Source of the DNA: Microgenomates group bacterium GW2011_GWC1_46_15
GTDB taxonomy: Bacteria > Patescibacteriota > Microgenomatia > UBA1400 > UBA12028
Length of the DNA: 50,493 nt
Direction: 5' to 3'
NCBI GenBank assembly: GCA_001002285.1
Contig: LCLX01000005.1
Span: 1-50,493, forward strand
Of this stretch, positions 18,350 through 27,637 are shown piece after piece. A program made the translations under genes and the position numbers. The notes under the pieces were generated by a model that was given only the letters and a program-made list of their open reading frames with translations, made no database searches and was not told where the DNA came from. Each line of letters starts with the position of its first letter. Positions within the stretch are counted from its first letter, which is position 1.

Positions 18350-19726
18350 ATGAGCGTTACACTCGATGACATTACCGCGCTGGCAAAACGCCGCGGATTT
18401 GTATTCCAAAGCTCGGAGCTCTATGGCGGGCTTGCTAACTTGTATGACTACGGGCCGATGGGAACAGCGCTTCTGCGCAATATCCGTAATCTCTGGTGGA
18501 AAACATTTGTTGATGACCGTGACGACATGGTTGGACTTGATGCCAGCACGATCTCGCATGCAAAAATTTGGGAGGCTTCGGGACACGTTGCGGGATTTGC
18601 CGACGCGATGATTGACTGCAAGTCATGCCACGTCCGTATGCGCGCGGACCATTTGATCGAAGATTACTTCACGAAAAAAGGAAAAGAAGAAAAAGTTGAG
18701 GGAAAGTCGCTGGAAGAGTTGGACGTGCTCATCGCGAAAGAAAAAATCCCGTGCCCAACGTGTGGAAAACACACATGGACAACGGTGCGGAAGTTTAATC
18801 TCTTGTTCCCCGTTCACCTTGGAATTTTGGAAGAGTCGCAGTCGCTTGCGTACCTCCGTGGAGAAACTGCACAGGGAATGTTTGTAAACTTCAAGAATGT
18901 GTTGGACTCTACCCGCGTTCGCCTGCCGTTTGGAGTTGCCCAGCTTGGAAAAAGTTTCCGTAACGAGATTACGAAAGGAAACTTTGTGTTCCGCACACTT
19001 GAGTTTGAGCAGGGGGAGATTGAGTACTTCTTTGATCCCGAACAAACCAAATGGGAAACGCTGTACGAAGAATGGAAAAAAACAATGTGGGAGTTCGTGA
19101 CGACCACGCTTGGAGTGAATAAGAGCAACTTGCGATGGCGCGCGCACACCGATGAAGAGCGCAGTTTTTATAGTAAGCGCACCGAAGACTTAGAGTACAA
19201 CTATCCGTTTGGATACAAAGAGTTGTGGGGACTAGCGTATCGTACCGATTACGATCTCAGCCAGCACATCAAGTTTTCCGGAAAAGATTTGTCGTATACC
19301 GATCCACAGTCTAACAAAAAGTTTGTGCCGCACGTGATTGAACCGGCGGTTGGAATCAATAGATTGTTTTTAATGGTGTTAGCTGATGCGTACTGGAAAG
19401 ATGAACAACGTGGGCGAATAGTGCTGAAGCTGAATAAAACGTTGGCTCCGTATCGTGCCGCAGTGTTTCCGCTCGTATCAAACAAGCCGGAGATTGTTGC
19501 AAAGGCGCGCAGTGTCTATACTGCGCTGAAATCAGCCTATCCTACGGTCTGGGATGATCGTGGAAACATTGGAAAGCGATACCTCGCGCAGGATGAAATC
19601 GGAACGCCATTTTGCGTTACAATAGATTATCAAACGCTGGAAGATAACACCGTGACCGTGCGCAACAGAGATACGGCAGAACAACAACGGGTGAAGATTG
19701 ATGAGTTGAAAGGAGCAGTAGCATGA
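18350..19726 (+). CDS. glyQS: Glycine--tRNA ligase, alpha2 (homodimeric) type
   Basis: 'KRRGFVFQSSELYGG..YDYGP.G', 'YLRGETAQG', 'FRNEIT', 'IEPAVG', 'IGKRYLAQDEIGTP'. ATG 18350 follows SD GGAGG; the ORF-track start at 18281 lies inside the T-box. Confidence 0.96.
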   Translation: MSVTLDDITALAKRRGFVFQSSELYGGLANLYDYGPMGTALLRNIRNLWWKTFVDDRDDMVGLDASTISHAKIWEASGHVAGFADAMIDCKSCHVRMRADHLIEDYFTKKGKEEKVEGKSLEELDVLIAKEKIPCPTCGKHTWTTVRKFNLLFPVHLGILEESQSLAYLRGETAQGMFVNFKNVLDSTRVRLPFGVAQLGKSFRNEITKGNFVFRTLEFEQGEIEYFFDPEQTKWETLYEEWKKTMWEFVTTTLGVNKSNLRWRAHTDEERSFYSKRTEDLEYNYPFGYKELWGLAYRTDYDLSQHIKFSGKDLSYTDPQSNKKFVPHVIEPAVGINRLFLMVLADAYWKDEQRGRIVLKLNKTLAPYRAAVFPLVSNKPEIVAKARSVYTALKSAYPTVWDDRGNIGKRYLAQDEIGTPFCVTIDYQTLEDNTVTVRNRDTAEQQRVKIDELKGAVA

Positions 19727-20505
19727 AAAAGCGAAACCTTTTGATTGGTGTAATGGTTGTAGCGGCAGTTGTACTCAGTGGGTGTGGGAAAAAAACAACA
19801 TCGCTTCAACCTACCCCAAAGCCAAAGTTAGTGCTTCCAAGTAATGTTATTCCTGTTTCTGAACGCCCTTTTGTGACGATTGCTCCAACCGCGGCGCGTG
19901 AAGTTGTTCTCACTATTGGAAGTCTCAAAAAATCAGCAGAATCTGTTGATTTCGAACTTCAGTACTCTGCGGGAGAAAAAGAAGAAGCGGCGATTGGATC
20001 GCTTGATTTGGCAAAAGGAAAAGATCGGTGGAGCAAAACAATTTTGCTGGGATCAAAGAGTGGCGGCGGAAAGATTACGTATCACGAAAATGTTACAGGC
20101 GGCACACTCGCGCTTACGTTCTACAACGAAAACTACAAAATCTCGAATGACTGGGCGTACATTGATAACCGCAAGCCAACTTCACTCTTTGCGTCCCGCG
20201 ACGGCAAGTTTAGCATTGAGACGGGGAAGTTGTTAAAGAGTATGCCGTATGTCATCGTGTACCAAAATCCAGGACTACCGGCTCCAACCACGGGAACTGT
20301 TGTCAGTGGGCCGTACTCTCTTTCGGGAACGAGTACCCTTCCAAGTGGAACAGGAACGGTAACAATGCGGACTTCCGAGGTCGGGCAAGCACAGATTTTA
20401 GGGTGGACTGGAAAGGAATGGAAAATGTTCCCGACCAAAGTTGACGGAAAAATGGCAACGGCGCAGGTTGATATGCTTCAAACATATGTTGCGGTAAGCA
20501 AATAA
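19723..20505 (+). CDS. Lipoprotein of unknown function
   Basis: Basic N-terminus, hydrophobic stretch, lipobox LSGC; ATGA overlap with glyQS. Confidence 0.75.
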   Translation: MKKRNLLIGVMVVAAVVLSGCGKKTTSLQPTPKPKLVLPSNVIPVSERPFVTIAPTAAREVVLTIGSLKKSAESVDFELQYSAGEKEEAAIGSLDLAKGKDRWSKTILLGSKSGGGKITYHENVTGGTLALTFYNENYKISNDWAYIDNRKPTSLFASRDGKFSIETGKLLKSMPYVIVYQNPGLPAPTTGTVVSGPYSLSGTSTLPSGTGTVTMRTSEVGQAQILGWTGKEWKMFPTKVDGKMATAQVDMLQTYVAVSK

Positions 20506-20599
20506 CCAGTTTTTAGTTTTCCACTGGGCTCTTTTTCTTTAGTTATATCCATATCTCACTACGTCATTTTTCCTTGGTGATTTTCGTGTTTTGTTTGTC

Positions 20600-20660
20600 T
20601 TGACACCAGGGATGAAAAGGTATTTACTTGAGGAAGTTAAAACAGTGGTAAAAAATGGTA
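20600..20660 (+). promoter_or_regulatory. dcw promoter with probable MraZ-binding repeats
   Basis: TTGACA (20600-05) with a weak -10 near 20621-28. GTGGTA (20645-50) and ATGGTA (20655-60) are 10 bp apart, like the GTGG-type MraZ boxes. Confidence 0.55.
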
Positions 20661-20674
20661 AATAAACCTAGAAC

Positions 20675-21127
20675 ATGTACCTCGGCACATACTATCATAC
20701 GGTTGAGGAAAAAGGCAGAATCTCTCTGCCGGTCAAGTTTCGCACTCAACTGGGAAAGAAGCCGATTATGACAAGAGGACTTGATGGGTGTTTATTCATT
20801 TTTTCCCAAGCAGAATGGGTTGATTTTTCCCAGGGTATCGAAGAAACGACAATCACAAAAAAAACACACCGCGATTTTGCCCGCTTGATGGCCAACGAGG
20901 CAACAGAACTCGAGATTGACGCCCAGGGCCGCGCACTGGTTCCGGAGCACCTCCGCAAACTCGCCAAACTCAACAAAAACGTCGTGTTTGCGGGTTCCGT
21001 AAACCGCGTTGAACTCTGGGACCGTGCGGTGTACCACGAGTACGCCGAAGGTCTGGAGAAAAAAGCCGAAGATATTGCCGAGTCAATCGAACTTCCTGCC
21101 CGGAAGGTTGGAGCAGATGACAAGTGA
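20675..21127 (+). CDS. mraZ: Division/cell-wall cluster transcriptional regulator MraZ
   Basis: 'MYLGTY.H..EEKGRISLPVKFR', 'RGLDGCL', 'DAQGR', 'VELWD'. Confidence 0.95.
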   Translation: MYLGTYYHTVEEKGRISLPVKFRTQLGKKPIMTRGLDGCLFIFSQAEWVDFSQGIEETTITKKTHRDFARLMANEATELEIDAQGRALVPEHLRKLAKLNKNVVFAGSVNRVELWDRAVYHEYAEGLEKKAEDIAESIELPARKVGADDK

Positions 21128-22052
21128 ACATACACACATCCCCGTCCTCCTTAGCGAGGCGGTGGATGCGTTGGCAGTAAAACAGGGCGAGTGGTATATA
21201 GATGCGACATTTGGTCGGGGAGGACACACACAGCGCATCCTAGAACTCGGCGGAAAAGTGATTGGGATAGACCACGACGAGGAAGCGATTGAGACAGGAA
21301 AAAAAATGTTTGCAGAAGAAATAGCGAAAGGGAATCTTGTGTTAGTCCGCGAAAACTTTGACAAGCTTGGTGAGTTAGCAGACCTCAAAGACAAGGCAGT
21401 GTATGGCGTGTTGTTTGATTTTGGCATTAACAGCGTTCAGTTGGATACGCCGGAGCGCGGATTTAGTTTCCAGCACGATACCGCACTGGATATGCGTATG
21501 GATTCACGTTTAGGGGTGACAGCGAAGGATTTGGTAAACGCGCTAGGAAAGAAAGAATTATACGACTTGCTCACGACATACGCGCAAGAGTATCGCGCGC
21601 GGATTATTGTTGATGCCATTTTGCAGAGCCGAGCAAAACAGCCAATTGAAACAACACAAGAGTTGGCCAATCTTGTGGAGAAAGCGGTTGGTGGACGTGA
21701 AGAGGGTGGTCGCGGTCGTCTGCATCCGGCGACAAAAACATTTATGGCATTGCGTATGGTTGTAAACGATGAACTGGGGAATATCGAGCGGGCCCTGCCC
21801 CCCGCCCTCGATCTTCTCCAGCAGGGCGGTCGGATGGTAACGATCAGCTTCCAAGAAGGCGAAGACCGATTGGTAAAGCACACGATGCGCCAATGGGAAG
21901 CCGATGGAAAAGGTGAACAGCTCACAAAGAGACCAGTTACACCGTTGGGCGAAGAGTTGCAAAGAAACCCAAGAAGCAGGAGCGCGAAACTCCGGGTCTT
22001 CGCAAAAGGCATGAAAACAAAATCGAGTCTAGTAGTGGGAGGAACTCTGTGA
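21117..22052 (+). CDS. rsmH: 16S rRNA m4C1402 methyltransferase
   Basis: 'HIPVLL.E', 'DATFGRGGH', 'RGFSF..D..LDMRMD', 'HPATKTFMALR', 'NPRSRSAKLR'. Confidence 0.96.
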   Translation: MTSEHTHIPVLLSEAVDALAVKQGEWYIDATFGRGGHTQRILELGGKVIGIDHDEEAIETGKKMFAEEIAKGNLVLVRENFDKLGELADLKDKAVYGVLFDFGINSVQLDTPERGFSFQHDTALDMRMDSRLGVTAKDLVNALGKKELYDLLTTYAQEYRARIIVDAILQSRAKQPIETTQELANLVEKAVGGREEGGRGRLHPATKTFMALRMVVNDELGNIERALPPALDLLQQGGRMVTISFQEGEDRLVKHTMRQWEADGKGEQLTKRPVTPLGEELQRNPRSRSAKLRVFAKGMKTKSSLVVGGTL

Positions 22053-22324
22053 AATCAATACTTTTTATTGGCCCACTCTTGTTTGTCACCCTTCTCATCG
22101 GGTTAAACGTTGCGTTTTCCGGCAACATGATCGGTAACGGCGAACGCCTCCATACACTCGAGAAAAATGTGCACGCGCTTCAACTCCAACAAAAAGAGTT
22201 GGCATCAACATTGGCCTCTTCTCAGTCACTTCAGCGCGTATACGATGAGGCATTAGCACAGGGCTACGTTCCAATTAGTCAAGTCGCATATCTTGATACC
22301 ACACGCACCGTCGCTTCACGCTAA
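22049..22324 (+). CDS. FtsL-like small bitopic coiled-coil division protein
   Basis: TM plus coiled coil; sits in the ftsL position between rsmH and the PBP gene. Confidence 0.6.
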   Translation: MKSILFIGPLLFVTLLIGLNVAFSGNMIGNGERLHTLEKNVHALQLQQKELASTLASSQSLQRVYDEALAQGYVPISQVAYLDTTRTVASR

Positions 22325-22350
22325 ACCAAAAACTGCGGTAGGATACATGC

Positions 22351-24135
22351 ATGCCAAGAGCGTACGCACTTCATGAAGGTCCCGATCTTAACAGTCGTAT
22401 TCGTGTGGTCCGCGCATTTTTATTCATCTGTTTATTCGGCGTGCTCGCGCGTCTTTTTTACTGGCAAATCATGAAGGCCGATGATTTACGCAGTGCTGCC
22501 GAGTCACAGTACAGTTCGATTTACCGTACGACTGGTAGTCGTGGGAGTATTTTAACTGCGGATGGGTACGCGCTTGCCGCAAATCAAGATGTGTATACGC
22601 TATTTGCTCAGCCAAAACTGATTGAAAAAACGCCGGAAGAGATCGCGGATCAACTTGCACCGATGATTGCGCCGTTGGAGGAAACTGATAGCGCAACAGT
22701 TTCTGCTGATACGACTCCAATATTACCGGAAGATTTGCTTGTGCAGTGGAAGAAAACGATTATTGAAAAACTGCGTAACTCTGGTTTGAGTTGGGTATCA
22801 CTCAAGCGAAAAATTCCACGGAACGTCAAAGATCGCATGGTTGCGTTAAACATGAAAGGCATTGGTTTTGACCAGGAAGAGATGCGGTACTACCCGGAGG
22901 CTTCTATGGCCGCGCAGGTGCTTGGATTTGTCGGCAACGACGCGCGTGGGCAAGAACAAGGCTACTTTGGTATCGAAGGGTTGTTTGACCGTGAACTGCG
23001 CGGGCGGGCGGGTGTCGTAAAGCAGGAAAAAGATGCCGCCGGCCTTCCGATTGCAATCGGAGGGTACGATGCGATCAACGCGCAGGATGGGCGCGATTTG
23101 GTGCTCACGATCCGTAGAGATCTTCAGTTTATGTTAGAAGATCAGCTCAAAAAAGGCATGGTACGGTATGGAAGCAAAACGGCTGAAGCAGTTGTCATGG
23201 ATCCCAAAACTGGTGCGATTTTGGCGATGGCAGCATTTCCTACCTACGATCCTGCCAAGTTTTATCAATTCGACCCTCAGCTCTATAAAAATCCTATTGT
23301 AAACGACGTATATGAACCGGGTTCAACAATGAAGATTTTCACCATTTCCGCGGGCATTGATACCGGTGCAATTACGCCGGAAATGCAGTGCGATCAGTGC
23401 ACTGGTCCGCGTGTGATTTCCGGCTACACCATTAAAACGTGGAATAACGAGTACACACCCAACACAACAATGCTTGAAGGGCTTGTCCGTTCCGATAACA
23501 CCGCGATGATTTTTGCCGCAGAACGTATAGGTCTTGATACGTATGTGAAAGAACTCCGCAAGTTTGGATTTGGTGAAAAGACAAACATTGATTTGCAGGA
23601 AGAGGCTTTGCCGCCATTCCGCGACACATGGAAAGAGCTGGACATGGCAACCGCATCGTTTGGCCAGGGTATTGCCGTAACGGGGATTCAAATGCTCCGG
23701 GTGGCGCAGGCAATTGCCAATCGCGGAGTGATGATGCGTCCCATGATTGTACAGGCAGTGAAACAAGACGATCGTACAATCACGGTCCAGCCCAAAGAAT
23801 ACCGCCAAGTCATGAGTTTGGAAACCGCGCAGACTGTAACGGGGATGATGGAACAGTCCGCGTTGCATGGAGATGCGAAGTGGGCGATTCCGAAAGGATA
23901 CCGTATTGCCGGAAAAACAGGAACAGCGCAGGTCGCGGTCGCGGGCCACTACGACGCGGAAAAAACAGTCGCGAGTTTCATTGGTTTTGCTCCGGCCGAA
24001 GATCCAAAGTTTGTGATGCTCGTGAAGTTGCGCGAGCCCTCCAGTTCTCCATGGGGATCGGAAACCGCGGCGCCACTATGGTTTAGCATCGCGAGGCAGT
24101 TATTTTTGCGGATGAATATTGCGCCGAGCAGATAG
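22351..24135 (+). CDS. ftsI: Class B penicillin-binding protein (FtsI-like)
   Basis: 'RGSILTADG', 'RYYP', SxxK 'EPGSTMK', SxN 'SDN', 'KTGTAQ'; dcw position. Confidence 0.9.
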   Translation: MPRAYALHEGPDLNSRIRVVRAFLFICLFGVLARLFYWQIMKADDLRSAAESQYSSIYRTTGSRGSILTADGYALAANQDVYTLFAQPKLIEKTPEEIADQLAPMIAPLEETDSATVSADTTPILPEDLLVQWKKTIIEKLRNSGLSWVSLKRKIPRNVKDRMVALNMKGIGFDQEEMRYYPEASMAAQVLGFVGNDARGQEQGYFGIEGLFDRELRGRAGVVKQEKDAAGLPIAIGGYDAINAQDGRDLVLTIRRDLQFMLEDQLKKGMVRYGSKTAEAVVMDPKTGAILAMAAFPTYDPAKFYQFDPQLYKNPIVNDVYEPGSTMKIFTISAGIDTGAITPEMQCDQCTGPRVISGYTIKTWNNEYTPNTTMLEGLVRSDNTAMIFAAERIGLDTYVKELRKFGFGEKTNIDLQEEALPPFRDTWKELDMATASFGQGIAVTGIQMLRVAQAIANRGVMMRPMIVQAVKQDDRTITVQPKEYRQVMSLETAQTVTGMMEQSALHGDAKWAIPKGYRIAGKTGTAQVAVAGHYDAEKTVASFIGFAPAEDPKFVMLVKLREPSSSPWGSETAAPLWFSIARQLFLRMNIAPSR

Positions 24136-24204
24136 AGTTGTAGTGACAGAGAGCAGTTTCCATTCCGTACGGTCATTGTTAGATTAGGACATTACAATAA
24201 TGGA

Positions 24205-24432
24205 ATGCAAACAACGCATATCGCACTTAAAACATGTGGAAATCTTTTGTATGAACTATCAAAAGGAAGCTTACTTACTGCAATCACAACTCCGATTATT
24301 TTACCAAAAACGTCTTGGAAACAGCTTGTAATATTGTATGTTGTTGGAGTTTTCTGTACGATACTATCTATTAAAACAAGGAAATCATATTATTCTACAA
24401 TAGAAGAAAGGAGTGTTCATGTCGGGAAATGA
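24205..24432 (+). CDS. Possible small AT-rich hypothetical membrane protein
   Basis: TACAAT 6 nt upstream of the ATG; one hydrophobic stretch; no recognisable motif. Confidence 0.3.
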   Translation: MQTTHIALKTCGNLLYELSKGSLLTAITTPIILPKTSWKQLVILYVVGVFCTILSIKTRKSYYSTIEERSVHVGK

Positions 24433-24601
24433 CCTTTTTGTTTTAAGTCTTTTACTTTGTGCAGTACTTTTATTTCTTCTTACATTGTTTTCCATTATTG
24501 CCGATAAAGTTGAGTTAGATCGCAAGAAAATCCGTCTTTTGGAAGAGATAAAATCCGGCAAGAAAACATTGCGCCAACTTACACTTGCCGACCTAGAGTG
24601 A
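24419..24601 (+). CDS. Small single-TM hypothetical protein
   Basis: SD AAGGAG before ATG 24419; TM followed by a charged tail; its stop overlaps the convergent gene. Confidence 0.55.
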   Translation: MSGNDLFVLSLLLCAVLLFLLTLFSIIADKVELDRKKIRLLEEIKSGKKTLRQLTLADLE

Positions 24602-26149
24602 GTTTAGTTTGTTTGCCAACGTTTGTTGTTCTTCAGCAAGTGTGTTGTCGCGCTGAATCATCGCTTTTTCATTATCGTTGAACCATTGGTTTGCAGACAT
24701 TTTTGCATATATCGTTTGCGCAATATTTAGCCGCTCGTGCAGAATTGAAATCATGCGTTCATAATCCTGTTTGTGATCTTCATACTGTCCGCCGTAGCTC
24801 CGGGCGCGCTCCCAGCTTGGGAGAATTTCCTGGAGTCTGGTGATAAGCGTCTGCCAACTTTCAATATCTTCTTTTTTGTAGTTTGGTGGGACATATCCAG
24901 CAACGTGCTGGACAATGATTTGCGTGGGGCATCCACGAACTTCACCCAACACCGCCGCAATGCCGGTATCCTGATACTGTTTATCCAATAGGAATGCCTC
25001 CCATTGCGGAAACTGCGCATAGTTTTCCAGCAACTCTTCAGCAGTGTAGTATCCAAGCGTTGGCGCTTCACCGTACACAATGTTGGCATATCCCACTTGG
25101 TTGAGCGCTTTTCGCATGGTGTATCCGCTTTTTGTTGCTTCAAAAGACAAATCGTTATACTTGAGCATTGTTTTTGCCCGAAACGCCGCAGACTGCGCGA
25201 GCTTGTCGTTGTACTTCAGCGGCTTGACGTTGTGTGATGCGCGGATTTCATTGAGTCGGCGGAGATACTCTTGCGGATCAAGCGTGACGGTGTTCGCTTG
25301 TTCATTATCGTTTGACGGATCGTGCCATTGTGCTTCAAACGGCGTTTGTTCTTCAAGCGGGAGTACCTGGTGGATATCTTCGAGATTCACAAGGCCAAGC
25401 GTATGGCGGGAGTCAAGGCTTCCTTTTCTGTTATCACCCATCACAAATACTTTGCCGGTTGGAATTGAAAGTGCTATACAGTTCGGCAAAAATTCACCGC
25501 CAAATGTTGAACGGGCGGACGCGGTATATGGTTCGGGCAACCGTTCGCCATTGCGGAGGACAAAACCATCACGGATTTCAATCGTATCGCCAGGCAAACC
25601 AATGACGCGTTTTACAAATCCGGAGAGTAGTGATCCAGAAAGCGTTGCGGAGTTAGCACTACCATTAGTGCTGTCCGTGTTATTGTTATTTTCGCCATCG
25701 CCACCAGCAATAATTTTTTCTGTTGTATCGTTGATAAAACTCACAACATCGCCGTGCTTGAGCGTATACGACAAATAGTGTTTGCCAAAAAGAGTAAAAC
25801 CACCAGGGTAGGCTCGCATATTTGGCGCGGCAACGGTTTCCTGTTCTTTTTCTTTAGTTGTTTTGCTGGTGCCTTTTGGAAAAGTCGGGTACATGGACCC
25901 CGTTCCCGCAATGTACACGGGCGTGCGGGTAAGTCCCGCCTGCCAGACGAGGGAAGATGTGGCGCGAGCGACCGCCAAGCCAATGACCGCATCAGCAGCC
26001 AGCCAGAGTGGAAGAAGAAAAATGACAAGAACAATGCCGGCAAAAAAACGCTCGAGGTACCACAAAAATCCAAGCCGTTTCTTTTGAGGAACTCGAAGGA
26101 GAAGTTTGAGCAAGTAAAGTGGGTAAAACGCGAGCTTCACAAGGAACAT
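24593..26149 (-). CDS. lepB: Signal peptidase I (S26) fused to a CAP/SCP domain and a helical C-terminal tail
   Basis: Ser motif 'GTGSMYPT', Lys motif 'FVKRVIGLPGD', 'MGDNR.GS.DSR'. Then 'LNEIRASHNVKPLKYNDKLAQSAAFRA...GE...QDTGIA' (CAP-like). Start 26149 follows TTGCAT-17-TACCGT. Confidence 0.85.
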   Translation of the reverse strand: MFLVKLAFYPLYLLKLLLRVPQKKRLGFLWYLERFFAGIVLVIFLLPLWLAADAVIGLAVARATSSLVWQAGLTRTPVYIAGTGSMYPTFPKGTSKTTKEKEQETVAAPNMRAYPGGFTLFGKHYLSYTLKHGDVVSFINDTTEKIIAGGDGENNNNTDSTNGSANSATLSGSLLSGFVKRVIGLPGDTIEIRDGFVLRNGERLPEPYTASARSTFGGEFLPNCIALSIPTGKVFVMGDNRKGSLDSRHTLGLVNLEDIHQVLPLEEQTPFEAQWHDPSNDNEQANTVTLDPQEYLRRLNEIRASHNVKPLKYNDKLAQSAAFRAKTMLKYNDLSFEATKSGYTMRKALNQVGYANIVYGEAPTLGYYTAEELLENYAQFPQWEAFLLDKQYQDTGIAAVLGEVRGCPTQIIVQHVAGYVPPNYKKEDIESWQTLITRLQEILPSWERARSYGGQYEDHKQDYERMISILHERLNIAQTIYAKMSANQWFNDNEKAMIQRDNTLAEEQQTLANKLNSL

Positions 26150-26228
26150 AGATCTACGGTACGGTTTGGAGGTGGGAAATGCAAATCCAGACGAAAGAAT
26201 GGTACAATGTTTTCCGCATTCATTCCAT

Positions 26229-27440
26229 ATGTTGAACATCTCCCTCATCAGCGCCACCCTCAAGTCACCCTTCCACTGGGTGAAGGGTTTGTCCGCTATG
26301 ATCTGGTATGGATTTCCCGCCCGCCGCCTCACGATTATTGGCGTGACCGGAACCGATGGAAAAACAACTACCGCAACAATGGTCTATCACGTTCTTAAGC
26401 ACGCCGGCAAAAAAGTTGCGCTCATTAGTACGGTGTCGGCATATATGGGTGACGAGGAAATTGATACGGGTTTTCATGTCACGACACCGGAACAGTTTCC
26501 ATTTCAGCGCCTTTTGCGCCGCATTGTAAACTCTGGGCATACTCACGTCGTACTCGAGGTAACGTCACACGGTATCGCCCAACACAGAATTTTTGGTATC
26601 CGTCCAACCATCGCTATTCTTACGAATATTACGCACGAACATCTTGATTATCACGGAAGCTATGCTGCGTACCTTAAGACAAAGGCGCGATTTTTATCAC
26701 GTGCAAAGACCGCAATTATCAACCATGATGATTCCTCGTTTGATGAGGTGAAAGCATATATTAAAAAACACTCTTGGAACACGCGCATAGTTCCGTATGC
26801 GTATCGTTTACTTGACGCCCAGTCAAAGCGTATTGTGCTTGACCGGTTTCCGGAGGGATACAACAGACAAAATGGTGCGGCGGTTATCACTGCGGCCGAG
26901 TACTTACACCTCCCGCTTGCTCAGACATTAGATGCGATAAAACGGTTTCCATCCGTACTTGGCCGGATGCAGGAAGTTCCAAACACCCGTGGTCTTACGC
27001 TCATTGTTGATTTTGCGCACACGCCAAATGCGCTGGAACACGCGCTAAAAGCATTGCGTGGCGGTGTGAAGTCGGGAAAAAAGTTGATTGCAGTGTGTGG
27101 TGCGGCAGGACTACGGGATGCAATGAAGCGCCCCATGATGGGAAAAATTGCAGCAGAGTTGGCCGACGAGATTGTATTCACTGCTGAAGATCCCCGTATA
27201 GAAGACGTGAACGTTATCATTCGCCAGATGAAAGAGGGTGTGCGTGAAAACCACGGACATGTCCATGAACTTGCTGATCGTCGGACCGCTATCCGGTTTG
27301 CGATTCAAACGCTCGCGCGGCCGGGAGATACGATTGGTATATTCGGAAAGGGGCATGAGACAAGCATGAATCTGGACGGGAAACACGAAGTTCCGTGGTC
27401 GGATGCTGAAGAGGCGCGATTAGCATTGGAAGGAATATGA
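26229..27440 (+). CDS. murE: UDP-MurNAc-tripeptide synthetase MurE
   Basis: 'GVTGTDGKTTT', 'HVTTP', 'EVTSHG', 'TNITHEHLDYH', 'VDFAHTP', 'EDPR', 'GKGHE'. TGgTACAAT promoter at 26200-08. Confidence 0.93.
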   Translation: MLNISLISATLKSPFHWVKGLSAMIWYGFPARRLTIIGVTGTDGKTTTATMVYHVLKHAGKKVALISTVSAYMGDEEIDTGFHVTTPEQFPFQRLLRRIVNSGHTHVVLEVTSHGIAQHRIFGIRPTIAILTNITHEHLDYHGSYAAYLKTKARFLSRAKTAIINHDDSSFDEVKAYIKKHSWNTRIVPYAYRLLDAQSKRIVLDRFPEGYNRQNGAAVITAAEYLHLPLAQTLDAIKRFPSVLGRMQEVPNTRGLTLIVDFAHTPNALEHALKALRGGVKSGKKLIAVCGAAGLRDAMKRPMMGKIAAELADEIVFTAEDPRIEDVNVIIRQMKEGVRENHGHVHELADRRTAIRFAIQTLARPGDTIGIFGKGHETSMNLDGKHEVPWSDAEEARLALEGI

Positions 27441-27622
27441 CAGAGCACGCTGATACAAAGTTTTCGGTGCGAGACTGGGTAAAGTATCAGGACGAGGTGT
27501 TTCAAATCGTTGATATTCAAAATTTTGGTCATGGAAATATGTATGTTCTTCATTCAAATACGGCATCTTGGACGGCAGTTGTTCCAGAACAAGACGGGAA
27601 TAAATATTTTAGAAAAATGTAA
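27437..27622 (+). CDS. Small hypothetical protein, possibly an SH3/KOW-like beta-barrel
   Basis: ATGA overlap with the murE stop, SD GGAAGG, 'KFSVRDWVKY..EVFQIVDI' pattern. Confidence 0.5.
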   Translation: MTEHADTKFSVRDWVKYQDEVFQIVDIQNFGHGNMYVLHSNTASWTAVVPEQDGNKYFRKM

Positions 27623-27637
27623 TGAGAAGTCATATCT

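Noticed and set aside
20506-20540. Terminator after the lipoprotein gene (CCAGT/ACTGG plus T-rich tail)
   Set aside because: The 5-bp stem with a 12-nt loop is too weak to call.
26150-26332. Apparent head-to-head overlap between the peptidase ORF (to 26332) and murE (from 26166)
   Set aside because: Artefact of longest-ORF starts. ATG 26149 and ATG 26229 each have their own promoter motif and leave an 80-bp intergenic gap.
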